Assembly: GCA_001643675.2 (NCBI GenBank)
Contig: LSRY02000005.1
Location: 62,001 to 126,000 of the forward strand
DNA length: 64,000 nucleotides
Reading direction: 5' to 3'
From: Monocercomonoides exilis PA203
Lineage: Eukaryota > Protista > Preaxostyla
A model generated the notes under the pieces. It was not told the DNA's origin. It saw only the letters and a program-made list of their open reading frames with translations, and ran no database searches. Numbering within the stretch: the stretch's first letter is position 1; every line of letters begins with the position of its first letter. Both the position numbers and the translations under genes were made by a program. Shown here in pieces: positions 15,201 to 29,516 of the stretch.

Positions 15201-15607
15201 TTTTTATAATCGTACAAAATGTATAAAAAAAACGCAAACTGCAAAATGAAACTGCTGTAAAAATTCAATGCTTTCCTTTTGACGAAAATAAACTATTGCT
15301 GTCCCGATGCTTGAAGAATCATTATTTTGAAGAACAACTTTTCGAACAGCTCCAATTTTTGCGAAATCTGTTTGTAATGATTCACGCGTAATAAAAAGAG
15401 GTGCATTTAGGAGCTTAATTGCATCTGATATAAACAATAAAATTCAACATTATAGCACGTTTTATAAATTGTATTTACAACAAAAAGTTAAATATTCAAA
15501 CCGACGTCTTCTTCTTCATGAGTACTCGCTATTTCAATATCACAGAACAATGGCTTTATGATAAAGATAATTTAAAAAAACATACTGTATGGATTTTGCT
15601 GGGACAT
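9241..15607 (-). CDS. Multi-exon RNA-binding protein: 2-3 N-terminal RRM-like domains plus a ~1700-aa Ser-rich disordered tail
   Basis: ATG at 15607 (MSQQNPY) followed by GTATGT/GTTTGA/GTTTGC/GTATGA-type donors. Exons encode IKLLNAPLFITRESLQTDFAKIGAVRKVVL..GTAIVYF, HFGKVIGISLSSDCSICFIEF and CYMGYILF (RNP2/RNP1-like). The final exon is the 9241-14346 ORF, with acceptor TTTCAG near 14352. Exact exon boundaries are approximate. Confidence 0.7.
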
Positions 15608-16632
15608 ATTAGACCCTTCGAAAACGCCAAAAGATATTATTTTCTCAAATCTTATTATGGTTCGATGATGTTCAATGATTTCTTCTTTAAATGAAATATT
15701 CAATAAAAATGAATATGATACTGAAATTTTATCAATATGAAATAAATTGTTATTAATTGAAAATGAAAAAATATATTTAACTATTTTTAATAATTATATC
15801 TTCACTTTTAGTAAAGAATATTTATGCAAAAAATAAAATGAAAACAAATAAAAATAATGAGCAAACTCTTGATGAAGGAAAGAATTAAGTTCGTCACGTT
15901 GATCACCAATTTTCCACTTATAGAAAAAAACGAAAGAAAAAAATTTTTTTTAAATCAACAAAAAAAATTAAAAAAAAATCTTATTAAAAAACAAAGTGTT
16001 GTATATCAAAAATTACAAAACACATTAAATGGCTAAGTTTAATAAAAATTACCAAACTTTAAAAGCAAACAACAAAAAGCTCGTTTGAATATGAGCAAGT
16101 CTTTGATCAAATAATAATCTAAAAAATAAAAGATCTGTTCACTACAATCACAAATAAATAAAAATTATTTTTTGGAATAGCACGTATTAACATTTTGAAG
16201 GTTTTCTATTGTTTAAATTTTTTCTGAAGTACTCTTTGAAGCCAGAAAATTTAGGTTTCGATTTAAAAAAAAAGGGGGTATGATAAATAACTCACCCTAT
16301 AAATGAAAAAAAACTATCTTTACAGTTTTATCTCTCATATTTATTACCAAACTCAATAAAACATAAATAATTCAAAAATAACTAAATTTCCGAATGAAAA
16401 CAAAAATGACTAGTTAAATATAACAATAATTATTAACGAATTCAAAAAATTAAACACAAGTGAAGCACAAACAAAATATTAAAAAAGATAATTTGAAAAA
16501 AAAAAAATCTTTGTAAATTGCAAGTCAATAAACATTTCAACAATTTTAATAAAATAACGTTTTATTTTTCTGATTCATTTGCATGCACCTTTTGAAACTA
16601 TTCAAATAGAACGTTGCAAGTAAAAACAACCT

Positions 16633-17760
16633 CTATTTTGTATATTTGTCGTGTAAAGGCTTAACAAGTTCTGAATTTGAAGGCACATCATATTTAATTC
16701 CAGGAGTTGATGCAAAGCTACCATCGAAAGAAGATTTTTCATTCGATACTGAAATAAATGTTGCCCGAAAATGAGAAAACGAAAGATAAAAAAATAGAGC
16801 GGAAAAAATAAAATCCAATAAAGAAAAGCGCAGTACAGATGTTGCTGAAATTCTGATTAGACTTTTCCAGCTTTATCGCAAACAAATTACATTTTAAAAA
16901 AAAGAATATGCTCAAAACAATGTTATAAAAAAACTGCAAACCAAACAGTTTCGTCATTCAAGCAATCATTCCATTCCTCTTCTGATGTAACAATTTGTTT
17001 TGTTGTAGCTTTGTATAATTCAGCAATTAAACAAATAAACGATAAAGTTAACATCGCTAAAACAAGAATAACAAGCATCTTCACTCTCATTAAAAAAGAA
17101 TCATTAAGAATAAATCGTTGACGAATTTTGTAGACAGATCGGCATAAATTAATTATAATGAACGGCAGAGGTAGCATTAGCAAGATATCATAAAGAACCA
17201 ATAAAACTCCTTTCACTTCCCAAGTCACATTTGAATATGGATCAGCAATATAGCAAATGAACGAGGAAATAACAATCAAAAATACAAGTAGAATGTGCAA
17301 GTTAATTAATATGGAAGTACATTTCTTAGAAGATAAAAATGGAAGAAGAGCGCTTTTCGCAAGATAAATCTCAAGGAATTCAGAAGTCAAATAATGAAAA
17401 TGTTTAATCACGTCATTTAAAATCGTATAATGAGAAGGCCAAGAATAAGGAAATGGAACAATGTGTACTAATGCAAAGCAAAAATTAAATAAACAAGCAG
17501 AAGAATAATAAATGAATTTCGTAATGTTCATTTTTCTCCCCTGTGACTTTATTTCGTCCAAAATAAGAATCAACAGCAACACCATTGCGCAAAAAGAGAA
17601 TATCACAGGAGGTAGAACAGCCGATCCACCAGTTCCGTAGATTACTAAAGACAGAGAAAATGTGTTAATTCCACTTTATTCATAAAAATAATCTGAAACC
17701 AGGAAATTCAAAAACCAAAAGTCCTTGCATCGTTAGATACAACATTTTGAAAATAAATTT
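16633..17760 (-). CDS. Multi-pass membrane protein (about 5-7 hydrophobic helices), multi-exon, function unknown
   Basis: ORF 16923-17606 has regularly spaced hydrophobic segments with short charged loops. Further hydrophobic and hydrophilic exon pieces lie at 16633-16820. The start codon is not determined. Confidence 0.5.
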
Positions 17761-18851
17761 TGGAACAAAATGTCTGTATTTCTTTGCAATTCACTAAAAA
17801 TATTAATATGCAATGAAATCACCTATTTTTATTAATGGGCATCAGAATGATTGTGATGCAAATAAATAAAAAATCAAATTGGTACGAAAGAATCTTAATT
17901 AAATATAAATAAACAACATGAGGATTTGAGAAAATTTCAAATGTTTTTTGAAAATAATGATGGAAATAAAAAAAAAAAGGAATTGAAATTCAATAAACTT
18001 TCGTTCAATCAACAAAAATAACAGAATAATAAAATGGACATGCATCTTCTCGTAAACTGAAAAAAAAAGCAAACTGCTTTGTTATTTTCCAATCTGCTTT
18101 GTAAAATTGTGTTTGCTGTTTAAACTTGTTCAAAAAATTCAAAAAATCAAAGATATCACTGGGGCATTTCTTCGGATTTGTTATCTTTTCAATTTTTTAA
18201 TAAATTAATTTTAGAAATTATTTACAGCCATGCGTAATAAAAAATGTTGATATCAAATTTTCTTTTGCTGTAATTATTAAAAATGAAAGAAAAATTTCCC
18301 AATTTCGAAATATTTTGCATTCCATTCATATTTTTCTCAATGGTAACATAAAATATTTATGAACAAACAAGCCGTTCAATATCGGAAATAGTTAATTAAA
18401 ACATCAAAAATTGATTAGAAGAATAAACGCCAAAAAAATAGCATTGCACCAATAATATATACTTACATCAATTTCCATTGACAAATTAATATTTTGTTTT
18501 TTTCTTTCTTCAGTCTAGAGAAATTCATAATTTTTCATTCTCAAAAAATTTATAATATCACTTGTATTTTTCGGATTTCGTATTTTCAAGTATTTATTAA
18601 TAAAATGATTATGGACTTTTTTTATTGAAGAAAATGAAAGTTTTTTTTCCCGATCAAAAGTTGCCATAGTCAAATTCATCATAATAATAATTGTTTGATT
18701 TCGCCAAATATTGATATTTTTTCAAAGGGCGAAACAAACTTGTGCATATCGTTAAATTTGTTTGAAATAATTTCGCTCTGTTGATTTAATTTTTCATTTT
18801 TATTTTTTTGTAATTCTTATAAATTCTATTCAAGGATACGTTGAGAAATAA

Positions 18852-21800
18852 ATGACTCGAAAACCAGAGTTTTCTATTCAACTGGTATGTTTTTTTGACT
18901 TTTGTTGGATCCAAGTATTTTTGGATTATTATTTACCGGTTTTTCGAAAATAAAATTTTTTTTTAGAGATTGCCATCTCAGCAAGCAGAAGCACCATCAA
19001 TTGATTGGACATCTACAACAGATGTGAGTGGATCTTTTCTCACAGATTTTTCAAGCAGTTGCACGTTTTCTGGGGAGTTTGCACCAAAACTTGTTTTTCA
19101 ATTATCTTTTGGTTTTTTTAGAGAAGATAACGCAACTGACCCCGAAGTTAATGTTTATGAAGCGAACACAGTTGACATTGAAAATACTCTGGCTAATGAT
19201 GTTGATTCTTTTGGGCAACAAGAAACAGAACGAAGGATCGAAACGCCAATCGAATCTAAAGAAGAATATTTGAAAAGACAATTACCAAAAAAATCATCCC
19301 CATTAATAACCTCTAAACCACTGCCTCCTCCTCCAACTCTTTCTGTTGAAATTCCATTGGTCAAACTTTCAGCAACGCTTTCTGTAAGTTCTTTTATGCT
19401 TGTTGAAGAAATCGCTCATTCAGTTACAGCTCCGTCTGTTGACTCACAGCTACGAGGATGTGTTTTGTTTTCCTTTCGCAAGTTTACTGATTGCAACACG
19501 CTCTTGATGCTCATGCAAAAGCGAATGGATCAGATCAAAAATGAAGAAGTTATCTGGGAGCAGCGGCTAAGGGAAGAGGAGGCAGAAGCCCAAATGAAGC
19601 AAAATGAAGAGGAGAGAAGAAGAGAAGAGGAAGAAAGAAGAGCAATGTCCAAAATGGAAGACGAAGAGCTCGGCGTTTCCGACCGAAGCGAGACCGATTT
19701 TTCAACAGAGACAGACAAAGACGATGAGAAGAAGGAGGAGCCGAGGAATCAAAGTTCATTGAATTATGTGAATGAAGCAGAGCTGCCAGACAATGAAAAG
19801 CGACACATAAGCAGAACAGGCACGACATCTTCTGTGTCTTCGATGAATGGAGCAGGCGCACACAGACAAGGGCACGGCCAAAGGGGGAAGAAGAAAGGAA
19901 AAAAGAAGAAAGGCAGAAAAAGAACGGCAGAAGCCAATGAGAATGCAGATGCTGTTGAAGAAGGAGCACCAATCAATCAGATCAATAAACGCAACACTTT
20001 TCTCTCATCTCATTCAAACACATCATCATCATCAACAACAACATCATCAATATCTTCTTCTTCTTCAACCTCCAAATTATCTCGCAACAGCACACGTCCT
20101 TCTCTTCTGTCACCTTCATCTCATCTTCTCTCTCTGCAGCAGCAGAAGCTGAATTTGTGTCTGTTTGTGTACACGTGGATCAAGACACACACCGACTTCT
20201 ACCGCGACCCCGCCCTTTTTGAGAGGATTAGCCGCTTTTTGGAGGAAATAGAGGCAGAAAAGCCAGTTCAAGCACTGGTGGCAAGATCAGCTGAGCTACT
20301 GACACAGAGAAAAGAGGAGAGGAAGAAGAGGGAGGAGGAATACAAGAGGAGGAAGGAGGAGGAGGAGAGGAAGGAGAAAATGGCAAAGGAAAGAAGAGAG
20401 AAAGAAAATGAGTTGCAGGAGCATATTTCAGCATTAGAGCATCAGATAGAAGAAGAAGAGGAGGAAGAAGAAAAAGCATTTCAGCAAAGCAGACCGAATA
20501 ACCAAAGAAATGTGAGCATAACAGCACCTCTTTCTTCTCCCACTGTGTCCCCTTCTCCTTCTCCCTCGTTTTCATCCACACCTTCACATTTCTCCGATTC
20601 TCCGACGCCGTTTTTGTCTTCTTTATCTCCTCTCTCAACATCATTCAGTCCTTCTATTCCGCCTTATTCACCAGTCAGCAAAGCTTCTTCTTCTTCTTCT
20701 TCTTCTGCTTCATCATCATCATCATCATCATCTTCTTCTTCTTCTTCTTCTTCAAATGACAATCAACATTCCATCTCCACACCAACACAAGCAGAACATG
20801 AAAAAGATGACACTTTCAATTTTCCTTCGATTTCTGCCTCAATATCTTCATCTCCTTCGAAGCAGGCTCTTCTAACAACTAATTCTCCATCACTTGAATC
20901 TTGCTCTAATCTTATTGCTCAAAAGCCATTGATAAGCCCCCAAACACCAAAATCTTCCATTGCATCTCAAAGTGACAATCATCCAATGAATTCTATAGAC
21001 TCTTCTGATGGCACACACACAACATCTCTGTTCACTAAATGTAATGAACCCCCTTCAAAACAGCCTTTGTCTCTTTCTTGTTCTCAATCACAGCATTTGA
21101 ATTCCCAATCGTCAACATCTTCTTCTTCTTCTTCTCTTTCTCCATCATTAACAGCAACATCAACATCATCATCAAATTCATCAGATACACTTCATCCATC
21201 TTCTGATCAGCCAGAGAATGAACAACTGAAAGAACAGCAACAAGAAAGCCAGTCTTCTGACACAGCACTTTCACCTTCCTCTTCTTCATCTTTTTCTTCA
21301 TCCACATCTCCTTCCCCTTCCACTCCATCTGCCTCTTCCTCTCAACTCCTCAAAAACCCCTTTGTAACATGCACTCCACTCTCCCTATCTACCCGCCCAT
21401 CTCCCTCTCCTCCTCCTCCCCTTCCTCTTTCATCATCATCATCTTCTTCTTCTCCTTCTTCTTCCTCTCCTTCTTCCTCTCTCCTCTCCACCCGAAAGCA
21501 ACTCCTGTCTGCCATTGCTTCCTTAGAGACATCGCGTATAGAGCGTCTGACATCCACGTTTCCTCTGTGTGAATTGGATCCTCTTCCTCTCGCCTTGTGC
21601 CTCACCTTCCGCGAAGACGCCCTCTTCAAAGCGCTTTCCCATTCAGAGTTTGTCGGGCAGAGCTGGATGAAGCAGCAGAAAGAGCTGAATTCACCTTGTC
21701 TGGTTGATCTGACAGACAACTTCAACAAGGTCACCCATTGGATCCCTGCTGTGGTGCTTGCATGGGACTCGCCTGTGCAGCGAGCGAGGAGAATCGAAGA

Positions 21801-24800
21801 AATCATCCAGATCGGCCTCATTTTGGCTGAAATGGGCAACTTCCACGGCGCCTTTGAGGTGTTTGTGGGCATCCGCCATCGCTCCATCATCCGCCTTCAG
21901 AAGACACTCAAACTGACTCCGCTGCATCCAAACTCGCCCCTCTATTCTGCACAGAACAAGTCGAAGGGGAAAAAGTCAAAATCTTTCTTGTTCGGAAATT
22001 CAACGCCTTCTTCTTCCTCTTCCTCCTCTTCCTCCTCTTCTTCTCCTTCTCCCTCTCTTTTCTCTTCTGATTCTAACAGCTCTTCTTCTTCGTCTCACAT
22101 GTCATATTTTGCCTCTCTCACAAGCAGACTTCTTTCTTCTGCTTCTTCTCTTCCTCTTCCTGAGTCCCTTCGTCAGTCTCTTAAACTGCCTCAATGCTCT
22201 TCTCCTCGTTCGCCTTCTTCTTCTTCTTCTTCTTCTTCTTCTTCTTCTTCTTCTTCTTCTTCTTCTTCTTCTTCTTCTTCTTCTTCTTCTTCTTCTTCTT
22301 CTTCTTCTTCTTCTTCTTCTTCTTCTTCTTCTTCTTCTTCTTCTTCTTCTTCTTCTTCTTCTTCTTCTTCTTCTTCTTCTTCTTCTTCTTCTTCTTCTTC
22401 TGACACCCCAAATGCACATCGCTTTTATGTTTCTTCTTTAACATCGCCATCATCATCGTCATCGTCATCAATTTCTTCTTCTTCTTCTTCAAATCAATCA
22501 GACAATACATCTTCTTCTGATAACTCAGATTTACAGACATCTTCTTCATCTTCGCTTCCTCATCGTTCTTATTCGCTTCCCTCTTCTCCATCGCCAGCAG
22601 ACATCGACAGCTTCTTCTCACTCTTCTCCCACCCGCCCTCTTATCCCAACCTCAAAAAAGCGCTTTCCACCCGCCAGCCTCCTTTCCTCACGCCGCTCCC
22701 CATCTTTCTGCACGATGTTGTGTATGCCGAAGAGAAAGGGCCATTTTACAGGAAGATGAGCAGAACGCAACTCGAAGACGAGCTGAGGGAAAAGATGGAG
22801 CCAGCAGAAAAGAAGGGGAAGAAGCAGAAAACAGGAATGGGGGTGAAGAAGGAGGAGGGTGGAAATAGGGAGAAGAAGGGAGAAGATGCAAAGGAGAATG
22901 CAACAATAGCAACAACAACATCTTCTTCTTCTTCTTCTTCAACAAAAGAAGCTATTCAAACACAAAATGACAGTTCTGTCTCTTCTCCATCATCTTCTCT
23001 ATCATCTTCATCTTCTGCCAGCACTTCAGACACAACAACATCACATTTCCATTCAAACACCCCACAAACATCATCCAATTCTGACACAGCCACAAATGAT
23101 GAAGCAGTCAAGCAGAATGTGAGTGAAGAAGAGAAGTGGGTGCTGATGGAGAAGTGCTACCAGTACTTCAAGCTGATCGACGATTTCAAAGCGAAATCGC
23201 GCCCTTCGTTTGACTTTGGGGCAGAATTGGAAGAGGAAATGGAGAGGGGGATGAGAGAGGAGAAGAGGAAGAGAGAGAACGAGTCGAATATGCAGCAGAT
23301 CGAAGAGGAGAAGAAGAAGATGAAAGAACAACCGCTTCTTTCGTCTTCACCAGAAACTGCTAACATTCCTGGCTGTTCTTCTTCTCAGTCATCTTCTTCC
23401 ACACGAAGAACCTCTTCTTCTGCTTCTTCTTCCATTTCCATTTCTTCCTCTTCTGAGACTTCTTCTCTGTTTCATTCAGCTCTTCAATCGAAAGAGACAG
23501 CAGATGCAAAGTCTTCGAGTGAAGAGAACAATCTTCTCAGATGGTTAGATTTTTCGTCTTTGTTTGTTCCGAGCGACGATGAACTTGTCGAAAGATCAAA
23601 AGAATTGGAACCTCCGCCTTCAAATTTCACTCACTCATCATCATCTTCTTCTTCATCTTCATCTTATTCTTCCTCTTCTTCATCTTCATCTTCTAAGCAT
23701 TCCAATTCCAATAAGTTCTCCCCTTCCTCCTCTCCTTCCTTCATCTCCCAGTCTCCCATCAGCGACTCTCGTCTGTCTGTGCCAAACTTCCCTCTCCCTC
23801 CCATCAACCCCCTCAGCACTCACTCCTCCTCTGAGCATTCTCCTCATTCAGACAGACTTTCTGCCCGCTTCCTTCCAAATCGATCGAGCGTTGACTCTCC
23901 TTACAACCAAGTCTCTTCTTCTCTCTCTTTCGACTCATCCAGTTCAGCCAACTCTTCTTCACTCTCTTCTGCCACTCCAAACAGCCTCTCTGAGTTTTCT
24001 GTCTCGACATTCACTCCTCCTCTCTCATCGCCTTCCATCTTCAGAATGCGCCTTCATTCAGAATCTTCCTCAGAATCTGCTTCTGAACCAAGCCTTCTTT
24101 CTCCTCTGGCAACAGCCTCGTCTGATGCTGATGTTCCTTCTAATTCGAATTCTAATCCAAACTGTGATTCTGTCAACATCAACACAAACACCCCCAACGA
24201 TGACAGCAACAATATCAACAATAGCAATAATAACACAATCTCTCCAGACACTTCTCCATCATCCATCAGCACAACTTCTGCTCGTCTTCCTGTTCCTTCC
24301 ACATCCCAAAAGAGCGACGTCCGCTCTTCTTCATCCGAAGACAGCCCACTCACCGCACAAAGTGCTCCTTCTCTGCCATCTTCTCTTTCCTCTTCTTTTC
24401 CCAACCCTTCTCTCCCTCAGCGTCCTCTCTCCCCCATTCTCTGCAGAACAACAACAAACACATCGTCCACGAAGCAGTTCAAGCGCTCTCGTTCTGTCAC
24501 TTTGTGGTCGTCCACAGCTGAACGCAATCAAGCTGCTTCTCTTCCGCTGTTTGCTTTCCATCCGCCTTCCTCTTCTGCTGCACCTGCTCCAATCGTTCCT
24601 TCGTCTTCTTCCAGATTTTCTCTCAAAACTTTTCCTTTTTCAACTTCTCTCACAAGTTCTCAGAAAGTGGCAGCTCCTTCTTCTTCTTCTTCTTCTTCAA
24701 ATGTTGAGAAGCCCAATCCCATCCAAAATAGCTCATCTGCTTCCTCCACAACAAAAGACTCAACAGAAACATCGAAGCCAACACCAAATGGCTCTTCTAA

Positions 24801-26574
24801 CAGCACCGAAGAGCACAACCAGCAGGAAGTGTCAGTGTCAGAGTCAAAATCAGATGATAAAGCATCTTCAAATGCTGTCTCACTTTCATCATTCATTCTC
24901 GATGCGCGTGTGCCTCTTCCACCGCCTTCTTTGAACATCAGCTTGGAAGAGTGGGGCAAAAGCGCAGACTCGTCAGCTCTTCCAAATGGATCAGCTGATG
25001 ACAAAAAGCATTCAGATGAGTCAGTTTCTGGATGTTCAGATAGGAAATCTGAGGAAGTGAAGTCAAAATCAGCTGATACTTGCAAATTATCTGATGAAAC
25101 TTTTGATGAAAATGAGACAAACAACCAGAACAAGTCTATTACCACCTCAAAATTAAACAGAGAACGCATTTCTTCTTCTTCATCGTCTCCAGTCCATTCA
25201 CAGGAAGCTTGTAGTGAGTCCTCTTCTTCTGTAGGGATAATGACTACTACTGAAAAAGATGAAAGTGAAGGAGAAAGAAATGCGTCTTCTTCTTCCTCAA
25301 AGCATCATCAATCGCTCCCGCTCGCACTTCATTCAACTAAAAATCCATCAAAAAATCCATCAGAATCGTCAACTCTCCAATCTTCTTCTGAAACATCAGA
25401 AACTTCAAAAACAGCTGCTGAAAACAAAACTGCTTTAGAAAACATTTCTTCCCAAGATCATTCCGCATCTTCAGGCTCTTCTGTTCAAAATAAAGATTCT
25501 GAAGAAAAGGAGCTGAAAGAAGGGAATCTTTTTGCGGAGGTTTGTGGCTCAGCTTCTGCTTCAGCAGACTCTCAAAGTGTGATCTCTAAATGTCTTCAGC
25601 TCTTTTCGCATCAGCGTTCTCTTTCAGATTCGAGTGAAAATTCAAAAGAGGCAGGAAAATGCACCAAAAGCAATTACAGCAGTGAAGCAGTAAGCAACAA
25701 GAATGATTGGACTAAATCACCGATGGTCGAGCACAATGAACAAATGATAGAGATTAAGGATGGCAATCACGAAGATGTGCATGTTGTGTATCATGGCAAT
25801 CCAAGAGAGCTGTTTCGAATGGGAATATTTCCTGGATTTAATCAGGAAATGTTTGATTTGCTTGTTCAGGAGGTTGAGGTTGAAGAAGAAGAGGAGGAGG
25901 AAGAAGAAGAGGAGGAGAAAATTGATGGTTTGCGGAATGAAAAAGTTGAAGAACAAGTAGAGGAAGATGCAAAGGAAGATGAGGATGAAGAAGAGTATGA
26001 AGAAGAAGAAGAAGAGGAAGAGGAGGAGGAGGAGGAATATGAGGAGGAGGAAGATGAGAATTATCCAAATGAAAAAAGAGAACGTAAAAGCGATACAAGT
26101 TGTTGTCAAACAGAAGCAGAAGAGTGCAAAGAAAAAGAAAAGAGCAACAAGAAGCGAGATAAAGGTAAAGAGGAATATGACGAAGAGGAAGATAAAGAGA
26201 AGATTAAGAGCAGCAAGTTTGAAGAGCCGAAAAAGCAAGAAAAGAACACGAATCCTTTTATGGATATGAAATCTGAATGTTTTGTGAGAAATGTTACTAG
26301 CTTGACCTGTGATACGAAAAGATTGAATGAAATTAGAGAAACTAAAAATGTGTTGATTTGTTATTCAAGTAACGTTAACGATAAACAAGAAAAGAACTTT
26401 GGAAAGGGGGAAAACTTGACAAAGCTCGATCAACCAGGCAATGGTTTTCGTCAGACTTCGAAAAAAGTGAATGATAACGTTAAAGATGAGCAATGCTGCG
26501 AAGATGATGTGGAGATTGGTGATTATGAAATTGTTACTGATAATGATGTTTCATCAATAACCCAAAGTTTTTGA
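18852..26574 (+). CDS. Ras guanine-nucleotide exchange factor (REM + CDC25/RasGEF domain) with large Ser-rich and acidic insertions
   Basis: Exon 1 18852-18884 (MTRKPEFSIQL), then intron GTATGT..TTTTAG ending at 18966, in frame with the 2534-aa ORF. REM-like FSFRKFTDCNTLL..VYTWIKTHTDFYRDP. CDC25 motifs LDPLPLALCLT, NFNKVTHW, RARRIEEIIQIG..GNFHGAFEVFVGI..IIRLQKT, PPFLTPLPIFLHDVVYAEE, DDELVERSKELEP. Confidence 0.9.
22216..22401 (+). repeat. Perfect (TCT)n microsatellite, about 62 units, encoding poly-Ser inside the RasGEF domain
   Basis: Uninterrupted TCT run from 22216 to 22401, in frame with the RasGEF ORF. Confidence 0.95.
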
Positions 26575-27553
26575 GTAATTTGTCATTTTTCCAATAATTA
26601 TGAAGAGATTTCATTATTTGAATAAGTTTTTATTTTTTCGTAATAATTCAATTATCAGAGTTTTCGATAAATTGATTTTTATTTTCAAGTTCACACTTAA
26701 AACTTTTCAATTTTTTAAAAAGAAACGATGAATTTGTTTTGTGAAAGATATTTATTATATACTTATACATCAAGAATTTTGTTTTGTTTTTTGGTCATCT
26801 GCACTTTTTCTTCTTTCATTTCCTGTTGTTATTATCGTTATTTCGTATGTGTTTGAGACCTTTATAAAATTTTTCTTTTCTGTCTTTTACGTTTTTTTAT
26901 TGCGTTTTTGTTTTACAAATATTTTTAATTTATTTTGAAATTTATATATTCTTGTGTTCAACTATGTTATTTTGTTTTTTTGACTTGCAAGATTTTAATA
27001 TGGATTTAGTGCTTGTCTCGGAGTTGAAATTGGCACTTACCATTTCCATGCGAATAAAAATATTACATGCTGCTTTGCATATCATAGTATTTCATTAATT
27101 TTCGATTAATATAAAAGTGATTCTGAAAGAAACAAAAATAATGGTGGTTGATAGAATTATGCCTCTGCGACACACATTTTTGGTGTGCAATTTGTCTGTC
27201 GAGAAACTTTTCATTTGTCGAAAAGTTTGAAATGATTGTTTCTTCTTGAACAATGCAATTCTTGAATATGTCTGACTTTCCTCAACAGAAACTTTTTGTT
27301 TCTGCAGATTTTTTTTTTCATTTTTTTGAACGCAAGCATATTTCATATATTCATATATTTGAATTTTTCAGAAATCCAATCTCTCATGGGGGTGGGGATT
27401 CAAATCCTTTCATTGAGCTTCCATGAGAAATATGGAAATCCAAAGGTGTGTAAATCCTTCAAATTCATTCAAATATTTTTATATCAATTTTATTAACATC
27501 AATAAGAATTAATTAATTTAATAACAATAATTAACGATCATAACGATAATATA

Positions 27554-29040
27554 TGGATAAAATCTTTGGTGAAAAAGAAAGTTGAAACTGTGCAGAAGAT
27601 GCTGAAGGAAGCAATATCTTCATTTATAAACAGAAAGAATTATTATAGATTGGAAAGAATCTTGCAATTGAAAAGGACAATTCGGTCATGCTGGTTGATG
27701 GAGTCAAATATGGAATGTTCATTAAGAACACTTGAGAGCATGCGATGAAGGCTATCAAATATAGTGGACAAATTGCAAAAATTGGGCATCTGCCAATTAT
27801 CACCAGCGAGAAAGAAAAACAATTTTTAGAAAAAGACACAATTGAATCAAGATTTGGAGCAAGTCTCACGTTACGAAAAGCGCGTGATCTGGTTTGTAAT
27901 TGAAATTTGAATTGTGTATTCATATGGATTTTGATGGAAAATTTTATAAATAATGAGGAAGAAGAAGAAGAAGAAGAAAAGAAGAAAAGAACAGCAACTC
28001 TGAAGACAGTTCACGCCTTCAGACAGAGACACCCGGCATTGAAATCATTTCTGTGAAAGCAAGTTCACATGAACAGACTTGTAGCATCTTGCCAGAAAGT
28101 CCTAAAGACATGGTTTTCCAAATTACAAGCATTACGCGACGCAAACAAATATTCCGAGGAATTAATCTTCAATATCTATGAATCTTCGCTTCGCATTCCA
28201 ACTTCTTCACGAGGTGTTGTTGTTCATCCCGCAGATGAACAAGCTGGATTCTAAAAGACTGCCGAACGGATGCAGAATGCAATTCTCGTTGCTAGAAAAG
28301 CTGCTGATGGTTTCTCGCTTCCGTCTGTGGTGCTGTGTCCGAGCGTTACACTTCCAATAGATCTAACAACACTGTTGACACCATCGCTTGTCATTTGGCC
28401 AAATACAAACGGCTGGATGGACAAAACATCATTCAAAAAATACACCTTATCAGTACTACTGATGGCCATCATTTGTCGAAGAAAGCGAATACTATAAAAA
28501 TCTCATCGTTGCCTTCTTCTCTTCAACCCATCCACATCCCAAGCAGATTCCACGATGTGGATACAGTTCAAGAAAGCTGAAATAGACATCGTCACTTATG
28601 TTCCACACACTACACACATATCACATCCGCTGGACAGAGGCGTATTTGAAGTGTTGAAGTTGGAGCTTTCCAACAACCACAGCTCTCTATCATCCACCTC
28701 ATCATCAGCAAAAAGAACAGCCATTGCAGATGTGTTGCCACAAGCCCTTCACACAGCATTCACACCATCTGTGATCAAAAAAGCCTTCATCAACTGCGAA
28801 GTCATCAGCAATAGTTCTGAAAGGGACTTATGAAGCTTCCATAGTCTTCACAACACTCCATTCCTTCTCATTCACAAAGGGACAACTTTTTCGGAAAAGA
28901 AAAAACAAAAAATAAGCTTTTCAATGAATGGGATGAGATAAAAGAAAAATACTTGATGAAAATTGAAGAAAGAAAAGAAATAGAAATAGAAATAGAAGAA
29001 GAAGAATTTCTTTTGGAGAAAAAAGTGAAAAGGACATCTT
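27554..29040 (+). pseudogene. Degenerate pogo/Tigger-type (DDE_1, Tc1/mariner superfamily) transposase
   Basis: Successive broken ORFs give a CENP-B-HTH-like GHLPIITSEKEKQFLE, then FRQRHPAL, IFNIYES (expected IFNxDET), AADGFSLPSVVL, NTNGWMD, PHTTHISHPLDRGVFEVLK and TPSVIKKAF. There are several in-frame stops and frameshifts. No TIRs were found. Confidence 0.85.
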
Positions 29041-29516
29041 GAATAATTATTATTATTGTTGATAAAAGTTCAGACAAATTTGACCCATTTGAATGTGAGA
29101 ATTGAAAAATGAAAGTGAAAAGAGGAACTGATGAGAGTTTTGCATTTTTCATAATGAGTTTTTTTGTCCTTTTCATTTCAAAAAATTCTTGTTCAATAAA
29201 GAAAAAAGTTCTAATTAAAAGACAACCCTCACTTTTTTCATTGATTTATTCCACTTCAAGGTTATAAAAAAAACAAAAGGATATTTAAAAATCTTATGCA
29301 AACAGTTTTCAATTTTGTGAAGTGCTGAAAAAAAAAGAAAATGAAAAAACATTTCATTTTTTCAAACATTTACATTTCAACTGATAATTAATCACACAAT
29401 TCAACAAAAATTATAAATTGAAAAATGCTGCAAACAACTTTCGCAAATAAAAGGAATAATCAAAAAAGAAAAAATAAGAATAGTGAAAATACAAAATGTG
29501 AAGAAATTTCATTTCC

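Noticed and set aside
22102-22621. Poly-R, poly-K, poly-E, poly-L and poly-F ORFs
   Set aside because: Alternative frames of the (TCT)n microsatellite inside the RasGEF gene.
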